Of a DNA stretch of 64,000 bases, positions 36,103 to 45,900 are shown in pieces. Source of the stretch: Patescibacteria group bacterium (GTDB lineage: Bacteria; Patescibacteriota; Microgenomatia; UBA1400; PJMF01). Made by a program: the position numbers and the translations under genes. Each line of letters starts with the position of its first letter. Positions within the stretch are counted from its first letter, which is position 1. A model generated the notes under the pieces. It was not told the origin of the DNA and did no database searches. It saw only the letters and a list, made by a program, of their open reading frames with translations. The stretch covers positions 8,333 through 72,332 of the forward strand of contig JAZQJV010000010.1 of assembly GCA_045541795.1 (NCBI GenBank). The letters run 5' to 3'.

Positions 36103-38511
36103 ATGAGTGAGACAACTACACCAGCACTCTCACGTTCTCCCGCCCCAAAGGGATTTTTTCGCCATTCATCCAAAAAACACGCTCACCCCATTTTACATTT
36201 TTGTTGGACAAGTTTTAAATGGTTATTTATAATTTCCTTAGTCGCAGGTGTGATCGGCACTGGTATCATCGTCTGGAAAGTATCACCGCTCCTACAAGAT
36301 TTACCCTCGCCCGATGAACTTGTCAATGGCAATGCTCGTTTTAGCGTCGCCACACAAATATACGATCGTCACGGCACTCCTCTTTATGATCTGTATGATG
36401 ACGAAAGACGCGTCCCGGTCAAACTCACTGATTTACCGCCATACGTCTACCAAGCCAGCATTGCGATCGAAGACAAAAAATTTTACTCTCATCATGGTTT
36501 TGACCCGAGCGGGATCATGCGCGCTTTTATCGTCAACAAAATCCGCGGCCGCACTGCGCAGGGCGGTTCTACTATCACCCAACAGTTGATGAAAAAAGCC
36601 TTCCTGACCAATGAAAAATCCTATGATCGCAAAATCAAAGAAATTGCCCTAGCCATCATCACCGAGATGCGCTACACCAAAGACCAAATCCTAGAAATGT
36701 ACCTTAATTATATTTCTTACGGCGGTACAGCTGTAGGTATCGGCTCCGCCGCACAAACATATTTTGGCAAAGAAGCAACCGAACTCACCCTGGCTGAAGC
36801 CGCACTTTTGGCCGGTCTGCCGCAGGCGCCCAGTCGTTATTCACCCTTTCAGTCAGACGCCACCGCCGCCAAAAATCGTCAAAAACAAGTCTTAGACAAT
36901 ATGGTGGAGATGGAATTTATCACTAGGGACGAGGCCGATGAAGCTTTTGCCCAGCAGCTCGTCTATACCACCAAAACTATCGACATCCAAGCGCCACACT
37001 GGGTCTTTTACGTCCGCGATTTGCTCATTGATAAATTTGGCGAACAAAAAGTCATGCGCGGCGGACTGCGCGTCACTACCACTCTCGATCTGACGATACA
37101 AGAAGCCGCCGAGGCCACCTTGGCCGCGGAACTCGAAACGCTTGCCAAGCTTGATGTCGGCAACGGTGCTATGCTCATCACCAAGCCCAAAACAGGCGAA
37201 ATTTTAGCAATGGTCGGCTCAAAAAATTACTATGACACCGAGCAAGACGGACAGTTTAACGTCACCACCGCCTTACGCCAGCCTGGTTCCTCGATCAAAC
37301 CTTTAGTTTACGCCACCGCCTTCGAGCAAAAAGCTCTCAACCCCAGCTCTATTTTGCTTGATATTCCCACCTGTTTCCAAAACATCGGTCAAAAAGACTA
37401 CTGTCCCAAAAACTACAATGGCGGTTTTAATGGCCCCACCACCGTGCGCCAGGCGTTAGGAAGTTCACTCAATATTCCTGCTGTCAAAGCGCTGCGAATT
37501 ATTGGGCTGGAAAGTTTTATTTACCAGGCACAAAAAATGGGTATCACTACCTGGACCAACGCCAAAAATTACGGTTGGTCGCTGTCGCTTGGTGGGGGAG
37601 AGGTAAAAATGGTGGATATGGCCGTAGCTTATGGAGCACTGGCCAATATGGGCGTCAAAATGCCAGGACTTGCTCTACTTAAAGTCGAGGATTATCAAGG
37701 CAATGTCCTTTACGAGGCTGACCTGGCCGAGCGAGAAAAACTCGTGACGTATTTACAAGAACACCCCGATCAAAAATTTGAAGACCTTGCCGACGGCGAA
37801 ACCGTCAACCGGGTACTCAGCAATGAAGCCGCTTACCTCACCACCGACATCATGAGAGATGACCGGGCGCGCTGGCTCGGTTTTGGCTCTAATTCGCAGC
37901 TTATGATAAAAAAACGCGATGTAGCAGTAAAAACTGGCACCACCAATGATTTGCGTGACAACTGGACAGTGGGCTTTACCCCAGATCTGCTCAGCATTGT
38001 ATGGGTGGGCAATACTGACTCCAGCCCAATGAACGGTCGGCTTGTCTCTGGCGTCACTGGTGCCGCTCCCATCTGGCACGATATAATGTCTTATTTACTA
38101 GAAAATCAAGAAGATATTGAGTGGCCAGTAGTAGGCGACATCGAAGAAGACATGGTCTGCTGGACAGGCATGCCTCGGCGTGACCAGGATTTTACCTTTA
38201 ATGAAGACGGCACGCCAATGAATGATTCTTGCGGCGAACAGCAAAAGGATAAGTTTTGGGCCGACGGCGCCCCCACCAGATCTGGTATCCGCCGAGAAGC
38301 GATTTATATTTGCTCCAATACCGGCGTCCCTCCAGTCGGCGATGAAGACTGCGGTGAGCTGCAAGCGGGTGACTACACTATTGCCTTTGACCCGCTCACC
38401 AACAGTTATTGCACCGACTGCCCTCGCGCCCGCGACGAAAACGGCAAACTCATTTTTAATCACACCGAGTACATTGGTGAAGAGATTGCCCCCGCCCAAT
38501 ATGGAGATTAA
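36103..38511 (+). CDS. Class A penicillin-binding protein (transglycosylase/transpeptidase, PBP1A family)
   Basis: EDKKFY.H.G, QGGSTITQQL, RKIKE; SxxK (PGSSIKP), SLN, KTGT. Confidence 0.96.
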   Translation: MSETTTPALSRSPAPKGFFRHSSKKHAHPILHFCWTSFKWLFIISLVAGVIGTGIIVWKVSPLLQDLPSPDELVNGNARFSVATQIYDRHGTPLYDLYDDERRVPVKLTDLPPYVYQASIAIEDKKFYSHHGFDPSGIMRAFIVNKIRGRTAQGGSTITQQLMKKAFLTNEKSYDRKIKEIALAIITEMRYTKDQILEMYLNYISYGGTAVGIGSAAQTYFGKEATELTLAEAALLAGLPQAPSRYSPFQSDATAAKNRQKQVLDNMVEMEFITRDEADEAFAQQLVYTTKTIDIQAPHWVFYVRDLLIDKFGEQKVMRGGLRVTTTLDLTIQEAAEATLAAELETLAKLDVGNGAMLITKPKTGEILAMVGSKNYYDTEQDGQFNVTTALRQPGSSIKPLVYATAFEQKALNPSSILLDIPTCFQNIGQKDYCPKNYNGGFNGPTTVRQALGSSLNIPAVKALRIIGLESFIYQAQKMGITTWTNAKNYGWSLSLGGGEVKMVDMAVAYGALANMGVKMPGLALLKVEDYQGNVLYEADLAEREKLVTYLQEHPDQKFEDLADGETVNRVLSNEAAYLTTDIMRDDRARWLGFGSNSQLMIKKRDVAVKTGTTNDLRDNWTVGFTPDLLSIVWVGNTDSSPMNGRLVSGVTGAAPIWHDIMSYLLENQEDIEWPVVGDIEEDMVCWTGMPRRDQDFTFNEDGTPMNDSCGEQQKDKFWADGAPTRSGIRREAIYICSNTGVPPVGDEDCGELQAGDYTIAFDPLTNSYCTDCPRARDENGKLIFNHTEYIGEEIAPAQYGD

Positions 38512-38553
38512 GCTTGCAATTTATCCGCTCGTAAGTTACAATAAAGACAAGAT

Positions 38554-39870
38554 ATGAAATTACGCCCGTTTTTTATTTCGAGCTTTCTTTTGGGGTTGTG
38601 GTTAGCCGTGCTTTTGGGGATAAGTATCTGGCAAACGCATCAAGTAATTTACCCGATAAATAGGGATTTTTTACAGAAAAAAGACATCCTTGGCGACTAC
38701 ACATACCAAGCAAGCCAGTCTGGCACTGCCAGCGCCAATCTTGGCATTGTCTACGGTTTTTTGCCTTACTGGAGTGTGGATAATTACCAAATTGATGACG
38801 TTGTCTCACATCTAGCCTATTTCCGCCTTGCCGTCGACGCCAAAGGCAATCTGGTAAAAGACGGTGGCGAGAGAATTTATCATTCCAGCCGTTTCCAGCA
38901 AATCCTCGATCAGATCGAAAGACAACGAATGAACTTTGAAGTCACTATTTTCACCTCGCATTCTGATGACATTTATTCTCTTGTCACCTGCAAAAAGTGT
39001 CAAGAAAACCTCATCAGCCAAATTGACGATCTCATCGCCACCGACAGGCTTGATGGCATCAACCTCGATCTAGAGTACCTCGGCTCGCTCACGCCACAAG
39101 AGCGTCAAGACGTCACTTTTTTCCTTTATGACCTCAAAAATATGCTCTTAACCAAGCATCCCCGCACTAAGCTATCTCTGGATGTTTACGGCGGTGCTGC
39201 CAACATGGTAAGTAACCTCTGGGATTTTTCCCAGATCGGCAATATCGTCGATCGCATCATCATCATGGGCTACGACTATAAAACCCGTCGCGCCGATACG
39301 CCTGGCTCATCATCGCCCATTCTCACGGATAATGTCTGGGGTGGGAGCATCTGGGATGACGTCATCAACATGCGCCGCTACATTGACGCCGAAAAAATCA
39401 TCCTCGCGATACCATTCTATGGTTATGCTTGGGAAACAACGTCTTGTGACTTAGCTGATGCCAAGACTTATCCGGGCACTGGCCAAGCGCTTACCTACCG
39501 TGGCGCCCAAAATATCCTCGAAAGTCCGCATTCTGACGCCGTAGAACATTGGGACGAAAGCTCACTCACGCCTTACATCGTCTTCACAGAAGATGGTCAG
39601 CCAAAAGATAGCGACCCTGATACGCCGGCCGAGTCAGTCCCAGAACTGCCCGATCAGGAAGAGACACCAGCCAGCGCTAATGAGACAGAAAGTGAACAAA
39701 CACACGAAAAACGTTGTCATATAGGCTTTTTTGAAAATGCAAGATCTATCAATTATAAAATTGACTTAGTAGAAAATCTCCACCTTGGCGGTATCGCCAT
39801 CTGGGCGCTCGGCTACGAGGGTGATTATCCCGAGTTATGGGAAACTATCGACAGCCGCTTTGGCCACTAA
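38554..39870 (+). CDS. Glycoside hydrolase family 18 protein, membrane-anchored
   Basis: GFLPYW, DGINLDLEY, IMGYDY, LAIPFYGY.W, GIAIWALGYE. Confidence 0.88.
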   Translation: MKLRPFFISSFLLGLWLAVLLGISIWQTHQVIYPINRDFLQKKDILGDYTYQASQSGTASANLGIVYGFLPYWSVDNYQIDDVVSHLAYFRLAVDAKGNLVKDGGERIYHSSRFQQILDQIERQRMNFEVTIFTSHSDDIYSLVTCKKCQENLISQIDDLIATDRLDGINLDLEYLGSLTPQERQDVTFFLYDLKNMLLTKHPRTKLSLDVYGGAANMVSNLWDFSQIGNIVDRIIIMGYDYKTRRADTPGSSSPILTDNVWGGSIWDDVINMRRYIDAEKIILAIPFYGYAWETTSCDLADAKTYPGTGQALTYRGAQNILESPHSDAVEHWDESSLTPYIVFTEDGQPKDSDPDTPAESVPELPDQEETPASANETESEQTHEKRCHIGFFENARSINYKIDLVENLHLGGIAIWALGYEGDYPELWETIDSRFGH

Positions 39871-41150
39871 CCCTTGATCACGAAATCCTTGAGATCCTTA
39901 CGCCCGAGGTGAATTTTGTACTTACTCTTATCCAGCTGGCGTGATACCAGCATACTGGTCTTCACTTTCTTGCCCTTAATGACAAAATTTACCTCGATCA
40001 CCGGCTGTTTTTCACCACTTTCACTTTTTTGTACCCAGAGCAAATCTTCCGGCGCCAAAAGCCCCAGCTCGGTCGCCAGCTCACGGGAAATGCAGCTGCG
40101 CGAGCGTTTGGTATTGACAAAAAACTCTTGCTGACGACGGTTTTTCTTACCCAGGATCAACTCACCTGTGCTTACAATTTCTATTTCTGCCCGCTCGCTT
40201 GGCGGCGTGAATTTTTCGGCCAAACTCGAACGGAACATAGCCTGAGCGATTTTGAGGCCATGCTCCGGGGAAAGTACCTGCAAATCCTTGATCCGTTCCA
40301 ATCGTCGCCGCAAACCTTTATGATTTGCCAACTGGATAGATAGTCCCGGACTAGTATTAAGTTCCACTACAATCGGCCCTTTGTTTTTGTCAATAAAAAT
40401 ATCTACACCAGAGTAATAAGCACCAGACACATTGGCTGCTTTAATCGCCGTCAGCAAAATATCTTGCCAATGCGGCACCAAAAATCCGGCCAATTTTTTC
40501 TTTGTGCCTGGCACATAGGTAATCGGCCGCCCGCCACCAGTGATCGCCGTAGTGGTAATCCCTGTAGCCAGATCTACACCTACGCCCATCGCTCCTTGAT
40601 GCAGATTTGCCCGGCCTTCACTTTCTTTGGTTGGCAACCGCAACATCGCCATTACCGGTACGCTATTGTACACGATCACGCGCACATCTGGCGTCCCTTT
40701 ATAGCAAAACTTCACCAGCTGCGGATGGATTTCCACCCGTTCCTCGATAATCACTGACGTCTCCACGCCTGGATGAGAACTGTATTTGCCCTCCAAAATA
40801 TCCAAGCAATGAGTCTTCATTGCCTCCAGCGTCCAGCGGCCGCCCATAGTATCAATCGCACTGCCATCACTATCTCGACTCTTAAATACAGCGATCCCTT
40901 TACCGCCGCTACCGTTACTCGGTTTGATCACAAAATTACCAGTAAGCTTATTCCAGTCAAAATCAGCAACATCATCATGATTTGCCAAAATCGCGATGAT
41001 CTTGGCCACGTTGATGCCGTTTTTTTCCATTAGTTCTTTAGTCAAGAACTTACTATTGGCAATTTTGCGTGCACTTTTACTATTTTTACTGGTGTAAAGG
41101 CGATTCCTTGCGTTCATGCCCAGGATCTCGCGAGTATTAAGACCGTACAT
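39867..41150 (-). CDS. Sugar-transfer-associated ATP-grasp ligase with a C-terminal degenerate aspartyl-protease-like domain
   Basis: ILGMNARN, FVIKPSNGSGGKGI, DVRVIV, AMLRLPT..S.GRANLHQG, ELN..PGL.IQLAN. Confidence 0.88.
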   Translation of the reverse strand: MYGLNTREILGMNARNRLYTSKNSKSARKIANSKFLTKELMEKNGINVAKIIAILANHDDVADFDWNKLTGNFVIKPSNGSGGKGIAVFKSRDSDGSAIDTMGGRWTLEAMKTHCLDILEGKYSSHPGVETSVIIEERVEIHPQLVKFCYKGTPDVRVIVYNSVPVMAMLRLPTKESEGRANLHQGAMGVGVDLATGITTTAITGGGRPITYVPGTKKKLAGFLVPHWQDILLTAIKAANVSGAYYSGVDIFIDKNKGPIVVELNTSPGLSIQLANHKGLRRRLERIKDLQVLSPEHGLKIAQAMFRSSLAEKFTPPSERAEIEIVSTGELILGKKNRRQQEFFVNTKRSRSCISRELATELGLLAPEDLLWVQKSESGEKQPVIEVNFVIKGKKVKTSMLVSRQLDKSKYKIHLGRKDLKDFVIKG

Positions 41151-41156
41151 AAAGGT

Positions 41157-42095
41157 TTACTCCTTCTTCACTAAAGCCTTAAAACGGAAAAGCTCCATCA
41201 GCCGTAAACCGTTATAGCGGCCGATCAGCAAATCAATCACCAGGGTAAAAACCAGCGTCCAGCCCGGATAAACGATAGCAAATCGCTGCACATTGTCACT
41301 ATTGATGATCACCGCTGCTACCACTGCCAAAATCAATGTTTCTACCGTCAGGCGTACTGCTTCTTTGGTAGAAGAAATTAGCTGAGTACTGGTGAAGTTT
41401 TCTGACAGCGAAATCAACGTCAAAAGCGGGAAAATACTCAAGCTAAAAAAGCTGGTAAATCCGCCATAACTAGACAAGATCAAGAAGGCAATCACGCTCA
41501 CGCATACACCCCACAAAATCAGTGATGTTTTGGGCAAGTGAGCCAGATTGAGCTTTTTCATCAATTTTTGCAGTAATACCGAGACAAAAACAATCATCAC
41601 AAAGCATAAAATGCCAATCGGGATACCGGTAGACGCCAACGCCACCGACAGCACAGCTGGTGTGTAAATACCAAAACCCCGCAGACCCACGACGTGGCGC
41701 GAAAAAGCGATCACGCTCGACACCAAGGGGAAAAGGATCAAAAGAGCCAGCAAAGTACTCGGCAAACCGCGATTGACCGCTCCCCGCACAAAATGACTTA
41801 TAAAATTATTCCAAGACAAGGGCGTTTCTGGCTGTTCCAGAAGATGAGTGGTCAGCTGTTCCATCTTGCTACCCGCAGTTTCGGTGACGTCCTGATCTTT
41901 GCGTTCCTGGATCAGCTGTCTGGTCTCTCTGATGACCACACTGGCGCTCCCGCTGGCTTGCGCCTGTGCTGTCGCTTCCAGCGCTGCTGGCACTCGCATT
42001 GGTTGTATCAGTTCGCCCGACTGCTGGGCAGCAACTGTCACGACACCACTAAAAAGTAGGGTCGCTGTCATTAATGATAATATTACTTTTTTCAT
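41157..42095 (-). CDS. 7TM_transglut-like membrane protein (partner of the ATP-grasp)
   Basis: LL.FPL...R.VVG..GFGIYTP, SIFPL...E.F, GRY.GLRL.E..RF. Confidence 0.85.
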   Translation of the reverse strand: MKKVILSLMTATLLFSGVVTVAAQQSGELIQPMRVPAALEATAQAQASGSASVVIRETRQLIQERKDQDVTETAGSKMEQLTTHLLEQPETPLSWNNFISHFVRGAVNRGLPSTLLALLILFPLVSSVIAFSRHVVGLRGFGIYTPAVLSVALASTGIPIGILCFVMIVFVSVLLQKLMKKLNLAHLPKTSLILWGVCVSVIAFLILSSYGGFTSFFSLSIFPLLTLISLSENFTSTQLISSTKEAVRLTVETLILAVVAAVIINSDNVQRFAIVYPGWTLVFTLVIDLLIGRYNGLRLMELFRFKALVKKE

Positions 42096-42288
42096 AATAC
42101 CCCATAATTATACCACAAAGTGTTCAATTTGTCAAGATCTTTATCCCGATCTGGTGCAAAACTCATCAATTCCGCACCAATTCCTTGCATTATACCGCAA
42201 AACTATACACTTTCACTACGCACTTTTCTTGCAAAATTTGCGCAGAAATGCTCTTGACTTTGAAGCTTAAATAATGTTTAATATAAGC

Positions 42289-42969
42289 ATGAGCAAAACC
42301 AAAACCTCCACCCAGCTAAAAAACACCGATCGTAGCACCTTAATCCAGCAAACCCGTGTCCATGTCCCCAGGCTCAAAACCGACTGGCACCTCGATCGGA
42401 TTGCCTTTTTTGGTAGTGCAGACATCGGTCCCGAGCATCCGGTCTATCAAGATGCTTTCGCCTGCGCCCAAGAACTTGCCAGTCACGGCAAAATCATTGT
42501 CAATGGCGGTGGGCCAGGCGTGATGCAAGCCTCCACTCAAGGCGCTGAGTCCGTTGGCGGCCAAATTATCGGTGTCACTTTATACAATCCCAAAGATCTG
42601 CCGGAATTTGAAGGTCAATCCAAAGACAATCACCTTACACTCGAGATCCGCACCCGCAATTATATCGAACGAATGTTTGGTCTCATGTCCCAGGCTGACG
42701 CTTTCGTGTGTTTTTATGGCGGTACCGGGACGCTTTCAGAATGGGCCACTGCCTGGTTACTTGCTCATTTATACTACGGCAACCACAAACCCTTAGTCCT
42801 TTACGGCAGTTTTTGGTTTGACGTCATGGAGGCGATCAATCGCAATTTTTTAATTGGCGAAAAGGAACGTAACGTTTATCGGATCGTGGAAAACAAAAAT
42901 CAGCTTATTGCTGTCATTGAAGGATTGGAAAAGGAATATCAAGTACTCTTAGAAAAAAATAAAACATGA
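42289..42969 (+). CDS. LOG family nucleotide monophosphate nucleosidase
   Basis: FFGSA, NGGGPGVM, GGTGTLSE, KPLVL. Confidence 0.88.
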   Translation: MSKTKTSTQLKNTDRSTLIQQTRVHVPRLKTDWHLDRIAFFGSADIGPEHPVYQDAFACAQELASHGKIIVNGGGPGVMQASTQGAESVGGQIIGVTLYNPKDLPEFEGQSKDNHLTLEIRTRNYIERMFGLMSQADAFVCFYGGTGTLSEWATAWLLAHLYYGNHKPLVLYGSFWFDVMEAINRNFLIGEKERNVYRIVENKNQLIAVIEGLEKEYQVLLEKNKT

Positions 42970-43874
42970 AAAAAATCACTACCATTGGTGCCGCTCTCGT
43001 CGATATTTACCTGGATTCAACCAGTTTTGCCCCTCAGGATACTGGAGATGGGCGCTTTTTATGTCAGCCATACGGCCACAAAATAGAAATCAGCGATCAT
43101 GCCGTCACATCTGGCGGTGCTGCCACCAACGTCGCCGTCGCCCTCGCCCGGCGTGGTCATGACGTCAGCATTGTCGCCGAACTTGGACGTGACCAATTTG
43201 CCATGATGATCAAATCAGAACTCATCCGTGAAAATGTAGACACTCATTACCTTATCCAGGAAAAAGCCGAAAAAACCGGTTGCAGCGTCATTTTACGCGG
43301 CCCAGATGGTGGGCGTACAGTCATGGTCTCACGCTCCGCCGCCGCGATGCTCGATGACTATGACATCCCGCTCAAATACCTGCGCTCACGTGACTGGATC
43401 CACTTAAGCAGTGTCGGCGGCAACCTCAACGCACTTAGTGAAATCTGGAAGGTTTTTGACAATACAGACATGAGTTTTTCCTGGAATCCTGGCAAAAAAG
43501 AACTAGAACTGCTCGTCAGCGGCGAGCTAGCCATACCTCAGACGCCAGCATCAATGTTTTTTGTCAACTCCGAAGAGTGGGCAATGGTGCCTTCTATCCA
43601 GCCGCGACTGTTAGACAGCTTCAAATATGTCATAGTCACGGGCGGCGAAACCGGTGGTATCGTCTATGTAGATGGGCAAAAATTTGCGGATTACCAAGCA
43701 ATTTCTCACGGCCAAGCGGTAGAAGTCACCGGTGCTGGCGACGCTTTTGCTTCAGGCTTTATCAGCACGATCCTGTATGACCGACCACCAGCAGAAGCGA
43801 TCATGGCGGCCGTCAATAATGCTGACTCCGTGATCCGTTACATCGGTGCCAAGCAAGGTTTACTTAGTTTCTAG
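42966..43874 (+). CDS. PfkB family carbohydrate kinase
   Basis: GGAATNVAVALAR.G; WNPG; VNSEE; TGAGDAFASG. Confidence 0.92.
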   Translation: MKKITTIGAALVDIYLDSTSFAPQDTGDGRFLCQPYGHKIEISDHAVTSGGAATNVAVALARRGHDVSIVAELGRDQFAMMIKSELIRENVDTHYLIQEKAEKTGCSVILRGPDGGRTVMVSRSAAAMLDDYDIPLKYLRSRDWIHLSSVGGNLNALSEIWKVFDNTDMSFSWNPGKKELELLVSGELAIPQTPASMFFVNSEEWAMVPSIQPRLLDSFKYVIVTGGETGGIVYVDGQKFADYQAISHGQAVEVTGAGDAFASGFISTILYDRPPAEAIMAAVNNADSVIRYIGAKQGLLSF

Positions 43875-45704
43875 TACTGGAGAGCAAAAAGTATCCCGGT
43901 ACCAGTCGAGATCAACGATATAAGCCAGTAAATTGGCTTCATTGACTGATCTGATCGGCCAGGCGCGTGGTAAACTTTTTGCCAGCGCTAATTCTGCCGG
44001 CGTCTTATCTTCGATCGACACCAGATAGCGGTCGATTTCATCTATCAGTTCTCCGTCTTGTTCTACAAAAAGCGTCAGTCCACCGCCTGAGGAAGCCTCA
44101 CTACTGCAGGCCAGCGATTTTACCGATTGCTCACTCTGGAAATAACGTCCGCCCAAGCAGACAGCATGACGCCACCCCGTCGGTTCACGCTGCCCCCAGA
44201 CAATATTTTCTTGGAAATAGCGCGGATCCATTTTGGTATCAAAAGCCAAAAACATGAGTACATCGGGATAATTTACATGATAATAAACCGTTTGCGGTTG
44301 TTGGCGCTCTACCGTCTCATCTATTCGTGCCACGTGACCTAAGGTTTGCCAGTCATTTTTAAAGTAATGATAACCATAATAAGTCGTCAAAAAACTCACA
44401 CCGTCAGCCACCGTCGCCACACTCACCAGACATGCAAGCACCAAGAAAACGCGACGAGTTGCCAAGGTAGTAACATTTTGCTGATACCAGCCAAGCAAAT
44501 ATTCGCTACCCCACGAGAAAAGCAAAAAGATGACCGGGAAAACCGCCGACAGCCGCACTTTTTGCGCGTTGCCCATCAGTATCGCTGGCGTCACGCTTGC
44601 CAACAATAACACTAGTAAAAGCCCGGCTAAAGTCCTTCTTTCACCTTTTCCCCGTACTAAGGTCACCACACAGGGGATCAGGCCTGCCACTGCCCCCAAA
44701 TAGACCACAAGCGGCACTTGACCGAAACCACTCACTTGATACATCGGCTCATTTTCACCAGCAAGTCCCATGAAATCTATACCGAGTGCTGACCACCAGC
44801 CATTGATCAAAGATTTACTACCAAGCGTCAGCTTATTAAAAACCAGATCGCACCAGGCTCGCGGGATCCGCCCTTGCAAAGCACAAAAAGTCCGTTTTTC
44901 ATTGATTTCCAACGTCAAACCAGCCAGCTGCCCACTGCCCACCTGCGATAAACGGGCCAAATTAGAGTTTACTTTAGTACCTATCACTAGCGGTAAAATA
45001 AGCACCGCACTCAAAACCAAACTCAAGCCGATCACGCGTTTTTTCTCACGCCAGGCTGGATCACGCCAGGCCACCGCCAACATCACCAGGCAGACTACCG
45101 CGCTAATCAGTCGGTAGGGGACATAAAAATACCACGCTCCCGCAAACCCAATCGACCACAACACCACCGCCGACCAAGGTATTTTTTGCCGCTCAGGTTT
45201 TGTCAAGCTGATCTGCCCCAGGCCAATCAAACCCAATACTAGACACCCCATCGCCAGATTGCTCTCCCACGCTCCACGACCCAATATAAATGGCGCTGGC
45301 GCCAGCGCCCACAAAATACTGCTCAGCAAAGCCGTCTTCGGGCCAGCACCCCAGGAGCGCACCAAATAATAAATCATCACCACTAGAGCACAGCTCATCA
45401 AAGCACTCGGCAAGCGGGTGGTCCACAGATTTAAACCCCAGCGCGCCACCAGCGGTAAAATCAAATATACCTGCCCTGGCAATTTTTGATCACCATAAGC
45501 CTCAAAAATCAGCGGCCAGGAAACGCCGTGTTCGTCCTTGCCAGTCTGTGCCAGGCTGTAAGCGATATAGCCAAAATTCACTTCATCAACTGTGGCTCCT
45601 GCCGGGATTTGGTCTAATTTTGCCAGGCGCAAGAAACATACTGCCACCAGACACAAGCCAATAATTGCTTTTTTGAGCCACATGCTCCAGTTTTTCTCTT
45701 TCAT
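43860..45704 (-). CDS. GT-C membrane glycosyltransferase (ArnT/PMT-like)
   Basis: DE...GY.AYSL..TGKDEHG..WPL, RLPSAL; many TM helices. Confidence 0.82.
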   Translation of the reverse strand: MKEKNWSMWLKKAIIGLCLVAVCFLRLAKLDQIPAGATVDEVNFGYIAYSLAQTGKDEHGVSWPLIFEAYGDQKLPGQVYLILPLVARWGLNLWTTRLPSALMSCALVVMIYYLVRSWGAGPKTALLSSILWALAPAPFILGRGAWESNLAMGCLVLGLIGLGQISLTKPERQKIPWSAVVLWSIGFAGAWYFYVPYRLISAVVCLVMLAVAWRDPAWREKKRVIGLSLVLSAVLILPLVIGTKVNSNLARLSQVGSGQLAGLTLEINEKRTFCALQGRIPRAWCDLVFNKLTLGSKSLINGWWSALGIDFMGLAGENEPMYQVSGFGQVPLVVYLGAVAGLIPCVVTLVRGKGERRTLAGLLLVLLLASVTPAILMGNAQKVRLSAVFPVIFLLFSWGSEYLLGWYQQNVTTLATRRVFLVLACLVSVATVADGVSFLTTYYGYHYFKNDWQTLGHVARIDETVERQQPQTVYYHVNYPDVLMFLAFDTKMDPRYFQENIVWGQREPTGWRHAVCLGGRYFQSEQSVKSLACSSEASSGGGLTLFVEQDGELIDEIDRYLVSIEDKTPAELALAKSLPRAWPIRSVNEANLLAYIVDLDWYRDTFCSPVLETK

Positions 45705-45747
45705 GAGCCTGATTATACTACAAAAAAAGTAAAAACAAGAGGCAAAT

Positions 45748-45840
45748 TGCGGCAATTATGCGGAAATAATCCTATAATATAATTATTGTTGCAATATTTG
45801 CGTGAATAATGCGGTAATTATGCGATAATAACCCCATAAT
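45748..45840. repeat. 31-bp imperfect direct repeat built from 11-nt TGCGNNAATWA units
   Basis: 45748-45778 vs 45810-45840, 26/31 identical. Confidence 0.8.
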
Positions 45841-45900
45841 TTATAATTATATACATTAAATCTCTTCCATTTCTGGTGATTATTGTGTTATAATATATGT

